Below the pieces are notes generated by a model. It ran no database searches, was not told the DNA's origin, and was given only the letters and a program-made list of their open reading frames with translations. The translations under genes were made by a program, and so were the position numbers. This document shows positions 55,877-64,000 of a stretch of 64,000 bases of DNA, piece by piece (position 1 is the stretch's first letter; each line of letters opens with the position of its first letter). This DNA comes from an uncultured Holophagales bacterium (GTDB lineage Bacteria > Acidobacteriota > Thermoanaerobaculia > Multivoradales > UBA5704): contig CAWJGT010000009.1 in assembly GCA_963842525.1 (NCBI GenBank), positions 1,728,001 through 1,792,000 of the forward strand, given 5' to 3'.

Positions 55877-58497
55877 CCGCAGGTCCGGCCTGTCCCTCGG
55901 GACGCGGATCTTCCTGATCACCTCGCTGCTGATCGCGCTCTCCGTCGGCTCGGCGGTCGCGGTCACCTCTCTCCTGATCCGGCGGATCGCACGCGACACG
56001 GCCCTCGAGGCCTTGAAGAGCAGCGCTGCCGTGCAGGCCACCTTCCAGGACCAGCGATACGAGCGGCTGCAGCTCATCTCTCGCCTCTTTGCCGCGGACC
56101 CCGCGCTGGTCGCCTACTTCGTCGAGGCCGCGGAGGGACAGGACATCGAGTCGCTGCGGGACCTGCTGAACCAAGGGCAAGCAGGATCTCGGATTCGACT
56201 TCGCCATCCTGCTCGATCCCGCCGGCAAGGCGGTCGTCCGTACAGACCGTCTGAATGTGACCGGGCAGGATCTGTCCCAGAGGCCGCTGGTGGCCAAGGC
56301 TCTGACCGAGTTCGAGGCCCAGGGGGTCTGGACGGAGGGGGATCGCCTTTATTACGCCGTGGCCGTGCCTCTCCTGAAGGACTCCACGCTCCAGGGCTTC
56401 CTGGTGACGGGCTTCGCCATCATCAAGCCCGATGCCCTGGAGGTCAACGAGATCAGCGGCGCCGACGTAGCGTTCGTGGCCGGCAGCGAGGCGATGCCGC
56501 GTGTGGTGGCGACCAATCTGTCCCCTTCCATGGAGCGCAGCCTGATGACGGCCCTGGGCTCCAGCCAGCAGATGATGGACCGGGCGATGGAGGGAGGCGA
56601 GAAGCCTGCCGAGAGGGAGCTGGACCTGGACGGGGAGCCCTGGCTGGCCTACGAGACCCCGTTGCTCGACGCCGCGGGCCGCCCGGTGGGAGGGACCGTT
56701 GCGCTCGCGTCGGTCGAGCGGGAAATGGCGGCCTACCGGCAGATCCAGACGGCTCTCCTCGTAGCCGGCCTCGCCTCGGCCCTCGTGGGCGGCCTGCTCG
56801 CCTTCGCCATCGCGCGACGCACGCTCGGCCCGGTGCGCCGGCTGGTTGCCGCTGCCGAGGCCGCCCGTCAGGGCGACTACGGCCAGAAGATCGCCACCGG
56901 CCGCAACGACGAGGTGGGCCGTCTCGCCCAATCCTTCGACGAGCTCCTCGGGGACCTGCGGGAAAAGCGGGACATGGAGGCCTACGTCACCGAGCTGTCG
57001 CGCAACCTGCCGGAGCCGGCGGGGACGCGGGCCGTGGTGGGCGGCCCGCAGAGCCGGGAGTCGCTGCTCCTGGGCATCGAGCTGCGCGGCTACGCCCGCC
57101 CGGCGTCCAACCCCCAGGACACCCTGGAGCGCCTCGGCGCCGACCTCAAACGGGCGACCTCGGCGGTCGGGGCCCAGCGGGGCATGGTCGACGCCATTGC
57201 AGGCCACCGTCTCCTCGCGCGGTTCGAAGGGGAAGGCAGGGCGCGGCGGGCCCTGACCGCCGCGGCGCAGGTGCTGGGAGCGTACCCCGAAGGCGAGGCG
57301 GATGGCGCTCCCGACGCTCCTGCCATCGCCCTGGCCTCCGGCAAGACGGTCACCGGGCCGGTCTCCGTCGGGGAGCAGCTCGAGCGCGCCCTGGTCGGCC
57401 TGCCGGTGCAGCAGATCGACAGCCTCCTGCGCGAGGCCGCGCCGGGCGAGCTGCTGTTGTCGCGCGACGTCTACGAGGAGCTGCGCGGCGCCTTCGAGGC
57501 CGCTGGCTACCAGCTCGCGGAGCGCCGCGGCATCCTGAGCCCGCAGCCCTTGTATGCCGTGAGCTCTTCGATGGCCGTGCGCCTGACCGGCCTGCGTGGT
57601 GTAGGAGGCATGTCCGCAGTCGGCGAGGCCGCGGCGACGCCGGTGCCGGCCGGCGTGCCGACGATCTCCGGCATCGCGCCGGGAGCGCTGATGGGGCAGC
57701 GGTTCGAGATCCTCTCGGTGCTCGGCGCCGGCGGCATGGGCGTGGTCTACAAGGCCCGGGACCGCGAGCTCGACGACCTGGTGGCGCTCAAGATGCTCAA
57801 GCGCGAGGTCATGGGAGACCGCGGCCAGCTCGAACGGCTGAAGAGCGAGCTCAAGCTGGCGCGCAAGATCACCCATCCCAACGTGCTGCGCACCTTCGAC
57901 TTCGGCGAGATCGACGGCCTCGCCTACATCTCCATGGAGTACGTGCGCGGGGTCACCCTGCGCTACCTGCTCGACCAGACCAACCGGCTGCCGTACTCGG
58001 CCGGCCTGCGCCTGGCCAAGCAGCTCTGCGCCGGCCTGGGGGCCGCTCATGCCGTGGGAGTCCTCCACCGTGACATCAAGCCGGAGAACCTGATCCTGGA
58101 GCCCACGGGCAACGCCAAGCTGATGGACTTCGGCATCGCCCGGCCGATCAACCGCCTGACGCCGGGGCAGACCGAGGCGGGCTTCATCGTGGGGACGCCG
58201 CTCTACCTCTCGCCCGAGCAGCTCCAAGGGCGCGAGGTGGATGCCCGGGCGGATATCTATTCGACGGGCGTCGTGCTCTACGAGATCTTTTCCGGTGCGC
58301 TGCCCTTCGACGGCGACGATCCGATGGAGATCCTGTTCAAGCACCTGCGGGAGACGCCGCCGCCGCCGAGCGGCCACTGGCCCGAGATCCCGCCCCGGCT
58401 GGAGGCGATGGTTCTGCGCTGCCTCGCCAAGGAGCCGGACGAGCGGTACCGCTCGGTGGACGAGCTGCTGCACGACCTCGAAGGACTGAGCGCTTGA
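55854..58497 (+). CDS. Membrane Ser/Thr kinase: TM, Cache-like sensor, TM, HAMP, cyclase-like region, kinase; frameshift near 56175
   Basis: DEVGRLAQSFD HAMP; LGAGGMGVVY, VALK, HRDIKPEN, DFGIA, GTPLYLSPEQ. Confidence 0.85.
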
Positions 58498-58516
58498 CCG
58501 AGATGAGGGCATTGCC

Positions 58517-59691
58517 ATGATTGCGCCCGACAGAAGGCCTTCCATTCCTGAACCTGCATTCGACCTCGAACGGAGGCTCGTCGAGCTGGAGATGCTGCTG
58601 GAGATCGGCGCCAGCCTGTCCAGCACGCTCGATTTCCCCACCGTGCTCGAAATGGCCCTGGAGACCGCCGAGCAGGTCTGCAGCGTCGAGACCAGCTCCA
58701 TCTGGGAGCTCGACGAGGAGAAGCAGGAGCTCTTCTTCCGCGTCGTCCGCGGCCGGGCGGCCGGCGAGATCCGCAACCTGCGGGTGCCGGTGGGGCAGGG
58801 GATCGTGGGCAGCGTCGCCCAGACCGGCATCGCCGAGGTGGTCGACGACGTGACCTCCGACGGCCGCTGGCACGGCGACGCCAAGGGCTTCCGGACCCGC
58901 TCGATCCTGACCGTGCCGCTCGCCGTCCAGGGAAGCGTGATCGGCGTGCTCCAGCTCCTGAACCCTGTCGGCCGGGAGCACTTCTCCGAGGGGGACCTGC
59001 GGCGCATGAAGCTGTTCGCCGGCGTCCTCGCGCCGGCGCTCCAGAACGCCCGGCTGCACGCGGCGCAGCAGCGGCAGTTCCTGAGCATGGTCACCGCCCT
59101 GGCCGAGACCCTGGACAAGAAGGACCCCTACACCGGCGGCCACGTGCGGCGGGTGGTGAGCTACTCGATGCTCCTGGGGGCCGAGATGGGGCTCTCGCGC
59201 GGCGAGCTGCAAGGACCTGTGGCTCGCGGCGACACTCCACGACATCGGCAAGATCGGCGTCCCCGACCGCATCCTCGGCAAGCCGGCCCCGCTCGACTTC
59301 GACGAGGCCGAAATCATGAAGCGGCACACGGTGGACGGCTCCGAGATCGTCTCCCACCTCTCCAACCGGAGCATCTTGGCCGGAGTGCGCAACCACCACG
59401 AGAGGCTGGACGGCCGCGGCTATCCCGACGGCCTGAAAGACCCGGAGCTTCCCGCTGGTGGCGCGCATCATCGCCGTGGCCGACACCTACGACGCGATGA
59501 CCACCAGCCGCCCGTACCGGGCCGGCCTGCCGCCGGAGAAGGCGGCCGTCGAGATCATCGCCGCGGCCGGCACCCAGCTCTGCCCGAGGGTGGTCGCGGC
59601 CTTCCGCTCCCTCTGGGAGAGCGGCCGTTTCGACCTCGCCAACAGCGAGCCGGTCCTGCGCTCGGTCTACGAACCCGTGCCGGCTAGGTAG
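58517..59691 (+). CDS. GAF plus HD-GYP phosphodiesterase; two frameshifts
   Basis: GAF (GQGIVG, SILTVPL), KDPYTGGH, LHDIGKIG, HHERLDGRGYPDGL, IAVADTYDAMTTSRPYR. Confidence 0.88.
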
Positions 59692-59702
59692 GCGTCGCGT
59701 CG

Positions 59703-61106
59703 TCAAGGGGTGACGACGATCGTCTCCTCTCCCTCGATCGTGGTGCTGCCCACCTTGACGGTGGCTTTGATCGTCACTGCGCCCGGGGTGGTGCCAACAG
59801 GGGCGATCATGTTCGCCGTCGCCACCTGTCGAGCCGGTGTTGTGGTCGTCGTGGTGCTCGGCTTGACGTCGCGGAACAGCAGACTCTTGCCATCTTTGTC
59901 GACGGCAGTGAACTCAACCACGGTGCCCTCCGTCACGGTGCCCACATCGCGGCGCAGGTCGGCGGTGATCGCAACCTGTGTGGTGCCGTCGGCCTTGATC
60001 GTGCTCGCGGCCGGATTGACGATGATGGATTCGGGCAGTGCCCGTACGAAGGGCAGCGTCGTCTGAGCGGTCGAACCCCCGGCCGTGGCGCGCAGCACGG
60101 CTGTGACGATCCGGGAGTCGGCCCGGAGGTCGACAATGGCCCGGTTGCTGGCGTCCGCCGTGGCGGTAGCCTGCAGCAGAGTGCCTGCGGTGGTCGTGAA
60201 GGTGACGGTACGGTCCGCCTGCGGCAGCTCGGGCGGCACGGTGGCGGTGACCTGAACCACAGTTGCGCCGTCCGCCGGAGCCTGTGATATCGAGGTCGAA
60301 ATCTGGATGAGGCTCGAAGGGCCCGGAGCCTCGAATCGTATCGTGACGCGGTCTACGGCCTCGGCCACGCCGTCGAGGGTCGCCGTCACGATCGACGTCT
60401 CCAGGGTCCTTGAGCTGACCAGGTCGGCCCGTGCGGTGTTGTCGCGTCCCGCGATCACCTCCAGCGTCGAGGGCGGCCCGGCGCTGCCGTTGACCAGTGT
60501 CCCCTTGGTCGCGGAAAAGATGACCTTGCGGCGGTCCGACGGTGTGTCAGCACTGATCGTCGCCACCAGGGTCGTCCGGGAGAATCCGTCGGCGGGAATG
60601 CTTGCCGAGCTGGCGGTGAGCTGGATCGTGGTCGGGCCGGCGGTCACGAACTGGACTTCTGTGTGCGCGGTGACAAGAGTGCGGGTCCCCTCTTTGACCT
60701 TGGCGTCGATCGACGCCGTCTCCGCCTTAGTGGAGCTCTTGAGAGTAACCTTTGCTTCGGCACGGAAAACCCCCTGAGCATCGCGCACCGTAGTGGCCTC
60801 CACCGTCATCGCGGTGGACGTGCCCGTTGGGGCGCCGACGAAGGTGCCGGTCGAGGTGGTGAACTCCACCGTCCGTCGGCCCTCGGCGGCAACAGGGCTG
60901 AGCGTAGCCGTGATCACGGTCGTGGACGAGCCATCAGCGGTGATGGAGGATTTGTCCGGCTTCAATGTGAGTGTGTCGAACACGCCAGGTGCAGTGGGGG
61001 AGAAGGCGTCGGGATCGTACCGGCGCTCGTTGCATCTATTTCCAAGCGACACGACGGCCAGGAGCGACAAGCCGGCCAGGATGGAAAATCTCCTGTTCCA
61101 TCTCAT
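59703..61106 (-). CDS. Exported protein with about four Big_1/invasin-like Ig repeats
   Basis: Signal peptide; repeats SI.ADG...ITAT...R.V.F.TT.GT. Confidence 0.8.
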   Translation of the reverse strand: MRWNRRFSILAGLSLLAVVSLGNRCNERRYDPDAFSPTAPGVFDTLTLKPDKSSITADGSSTTVITATLSPVAAEGRRTVEFTTSTGTFVGAPTGTSTAMTVEATTVRDAQGVFRAEAKVTLKSSTKAETASIDAKVKEGTRTLVTAHTEVQFVTAGPTTIQLTASSASIPADGFSRTTLVATISADTPSDRRKVIFSATKGTLVNGSAGPPSTLEVIAGRDNTARADLVSSRTLETSIVTATLDGVAEAVDRVTIRFEAPGPSSLIQISTSISQAPADGATVVQVTATVPPELPQADRTVTFTTTAGTLLQATATADASNRAIVDLRADSRIVTAVLRATAGGSTAQTTLPFVRALPESIIVNPAASTIKADGTTQVAITADLRRDVGTVTEGTVVEFTAVDKDGKSLLFRDVKPSTTTTTTPARQVATANMIAPVGTTPGAVTIKATVKVGSTTIEGEETIVVTP

Positions 61107-61618
61107 TTCTTGGACATCTCCGAAAGCAGTTTTTCGACGGTTTCGTCGGACGGATTTCCGCCCTGCTCGAGGCGGGAGATCGTCGAGCGTGCCACACCGA
61201 TTCTGTTCGCGAGATCGGACTGGCTCATATTGTTGGTGGCGCGGAAGGCGGCGACAGCGGCGTGGAGGATCAAGACCTGACAAGAACCTCTTTCGGGAGC
61301 GCCTTTCGGGTTACCTGCCGCATCCAGCTCCTGGAGCGCCACATTGATCTGTAAGTTGAATGTGTTCGCCGGATTTCCCGTCGCACTCAGCGAGAGAGAG
61401 TCCGCATAATTATTTCCTGCTGGGGTAACCGGCCTTGGTCCAATCTGCATTTGCAGGCCCCCGCCGGCAAATCGGTACGGCCCATTCAAGGGAAGGGAAT
61501 AGAGGGTGGTGAAACGGGAGGGCGCGTCGCTACTACAGCCGAAAAAAAATTGGACGACCCCTCCCGCTTGGGGAATACTTTCGGGAGTGCACGTGATCGA
61601 ATTGCGATCCAGGTCCAT
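61103..61618 (-). CDS. Protein with beta-rich N-terminal domain and C-terminal XRE HTH
   Basis: GGAGG RBS; MSQSDLANRIGVARSTISRLEQGGNPS. Confidence 0.7.
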   Translation of the reverse strand: MDLDRNSITCTPESIPQAGGVVQFFFGCSSDAPSRFTTLYSLPLNGPYRFAGGGLQMQIGPRPVTPAGNNYADSLSLSATGNPANTFNLQINVALQELDAAGNPKGAPERGSCQVLILHAAVAAFRATNNMSQSDLANRIGVARSTISRLEQGGNPSDETVEKLLSEMSKK

Positions 61619-61641
61619 CACTTCCTCCTTACTAGCACGTG

Positions 61642-63400
61642 TTACTGGGGAAAGACCCCTTGGAACGCCTTTTTGAATGTCCCTGCGATGTTCCAATCGA
61701 TGGAGAGACCGACGAAAGGAGACCATACGAGACGATCGTTGTCCACGAGAGGGTTAGGGTCACGTTCCTTGAAAACCAAGGTGGCCACAGAAAAACGGAG
61801 AAAGTCGCTAAGTCGAAGACCTACTCCTGCGATAGCTGGACGCCTCCGAATCAGCGGTTCGGCGTCCTCCAGATCGATCTCCTGCTGGGGTAGACCTATC
61901 GTCACCGAGAACCGCTTGCGAAATTCCGTCCAACCCTGTTGTCTGAAATCGGCCCAGCGTAGCTGGGCCTTTTTGTTGACCGGGCGAAAGTAGATGTTGG
62001 CGCCCACATAGGCGAAGGCTTCCTCGATGTCCCAAGCCAACCCCGAGCCAAGGTCGGCGCCCACGTACCAGGTGGCCCGGGTCTCGTATTTGGCCACGGT
62101 CGTGGCCCTCAGGTTGAGAGTTTCGAGAAGCAGCGCCCGAGGCTTGCGGCAAGCTTTTGCAGCTCCGTAGAGCTGTTCGGAGCAAGCCCTTGAGGTTGTC
62201 GGCTGGGCCTGGAGGTCGTTGTTGAACGTCGCGGAGGCGGCGTTCGCCAGATTCTCGATCGTGGAAGAAAACGGGGGTAACCGCCGCGAGCCCCGCCTCG
62301 TTGCGGAGGCCTGCGTCGGTACGCAGGGCGTCGGCGAGCTCTTGGAGATCCCCGAGTTGTGCGGACCGCCACAAGTTTGATTGCCCGGCGTCCCAAATCT
62401 GGTCGAGCGTCCCTGTGTGCTTTCTGAGCGGGCGAGGATTGCGGACCGAGAGAGACCGATCAGATCCAGCGCTCCTGGCGCCCGGCGAGGAGCTGCGCAA
62501 CGCGCGGCTGATTGACGTTGGCCAGGAGAGCGGCGGCGGTGATCTCCAGAGCGGGCTGTCGCTGAGAGGTCGTCAGGTCTCCCGAGACGGCCCAGGCCCG
62601 GTTCTGCAGGTTCGTGCGAGTACCAGCCAGGTTTACTTGGAAGCCCAAGAAGGTGGAGACCTGATTCCCCACCGTCACGCCGAATTGCGATCGATCACGG
62701 CAGGAGGCCGTGTCAAAAAAGGAACCCGGCTCCAGCACCAGGACTCTTGCCCGGTCCGACGTCGCCTGAGCAGCAGCGAGCAGGCTCGCGCGCAATTACC
62801 TGGGCGCGCATCGGCCGGCATGAACTGGCCGGGTCATCGGAGTCCAGAAGTTCTGGTTCATCACCATGGTGATGGCCGTATCCGGCGGCCTCGATCGTGG
62901 GCTTTTCCGTCGGGTCCGTGATGTCCGAGAGGTGGTGAACTCGAAGCAGTAGTACCTGTTAGGCTGAAGTGCCGGCACCAACAGCTCGAAGGAGCGATTG
63001 CCCGGATCCCCCTTCGCGGCCCCCTTTTCGGGAGGATTGCAGTTGACCACACTCAGGCTTTTTGTTTGGGCAATCTCGTGATATTCGCCAGGACTTGGTC
63101 GCAACTCGGGCTTCTTGAAGCCGAGGGCTCCGTCCTTCGATAGAAGTCACCGGGTCGCTACCGTGTCGGTCAGGAAGAAGTGGACGTCGAAGGGGAGAGG
63201 GTCCAGCGATCTTGATTCGAGGTCGATCTCGACCGTGTCCGGTTCCACTCCGTCGAACCCCGAGGCCCGAGGGTGTACTCTCCCACCCTGGAATCCCCCG
63301 GGCGCTTTGACGCGGCCAGGCTCGCAACGAGTGGAGCAGAGACTGCAGAGGCTTGAACGAGGAGGACCCGCGCACAACGAGAGCTTCCAACGGCAGGCAG
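61642..63400 (-). pseudogene. Fragmented large exported protein with beta-strand-rich C-terminus
   Basis: Consecutive short ORFs (PLPFDVHF, LQPNRYYCFEF, YVGANIYFRPVN, PFVGLSIDWN) broken by stops and frameshifts. Confidence 0.5.
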
Positions 63401-63579
63401 CGAAAGGAATCCGGGTTCAAGGAGTCTCCTTTTTTCGAAGGATTCGCTGGCACACTATCATCGAGATCCTGATAGAGGTCAATCGCTCGCCTTCCCGAGA
63501 CTGAGGGTGCCGCCCGCCTCGCACCGTTCCAGCAGGTATGCCCGCTGCTATGATGGTCCTCCGAAAGGCCAATCGCACC

Positions 63580-64000
63580 ATGCTGCGCCTCCGTTACACC
63601 TTAGACGGCCAGAGCCGCTACTTTCCCCTCTCCGGCCCCCGGGTCCGCCTGGGACGCGGGAGCGACAACGACGTCGTTCTCTCGGACGTCTCGGTCTCCC
63701 GCTACCACGCCGAGATCCGCCGCGACGGGGATGGCTGGTCGATCTTCGACCTGAAGAGCACCAACGGCGTGGAGCTGAACCGCGCGGCCGTGCAGCGGGC
63801 TCCCCTCCAGGCGGGCGACCGGCTGAGCATCGGCGTCTTCGAGCTGGTGGTCGAGCCGCACGCGGACGTCCGGACGCAGCAGGACGTGGTGGTCACCGCC
63901 CACCCCGAGAGCGGCACGGTCGACCTCGCGGCCCTCACCAATGCGACCATCGTCCGTCCGCTTGCCGATTTCTCCGAGTCCTTCGGCCTCCTCGGCAAGC
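63580..64000 (+). CDS. FHA-domain protein, 3' end outside window
   Basis: RLGRGSDNDVVLSDVSVSRYHA...DLKSTNGV; frame open to the window edge. Confidence 0.85.
   Translation, partial: MLRLRYTLDGQSRYFPLSGPRVRLGRGSDNDVVLSDVSVSRYHAEIRRDGDGWSIFDLKSTNGVELNRAAVQRAPLQAGDRLSIGVFELVVEPHADVRTQQDVVVTAHPESGTVDLAALTNATIVRPLADFSESFGLLGK

Overview
High-GC bacterial window. Gene content (ADOP-type duplicated permeases, XRE-TPR genes, FHA-sigma54 activators, Ser/Thr kinases) suggests Acidobacteriota, possibly Thermoanaerobaculia; this is inference. Many genes carry single-base frameshifts, probably long-read errors, and there are several clear deletion scars. In order: a CN-hydrolase, a metallophosphoesterase, a deleted and a full copy of a beta-propeller hybrid histidine kinase, an esterase-TPR gene, an XRE-TPR regulator divergent from a small secreted Cys-loop peptide, a Ser/Thr kinase-TPR and FHA-GAF-sigma54 activator locus with a sigma54 promoter, a DHH phosphoesterase, two ADOP permeases, a WGR/DUF4132-MoxR-DUF5682-VWA-SWIM (yehI/L/M/P/Q-like) operon, an IS110-family (IS1111-like) element, a PIN toxin-antitoxin pair, a TIR-NTPase-TPR gene split by an IS1182 element, a DUF1570-TPR gene, an MFS transporter, a flavin reductase, a beta-barrel/cupredoxin/HAMP-kinase/HD-GYP operon, an Ig-repeat module and the start of an FHA protein. 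Best leads: (1) the IS1111-like element has bridge-RNA target and donor guide loops that can be read directly and match an empty REP target 0.9 kb away; (2) a candidate RRNPP-like receptor/propeptide pair; (3) palindromic REP doublets inserted in frame inside proteins. No rRNA, tRNA or CRISPR array was seen. All domain calls are by eye from motifs; no database searches were run.
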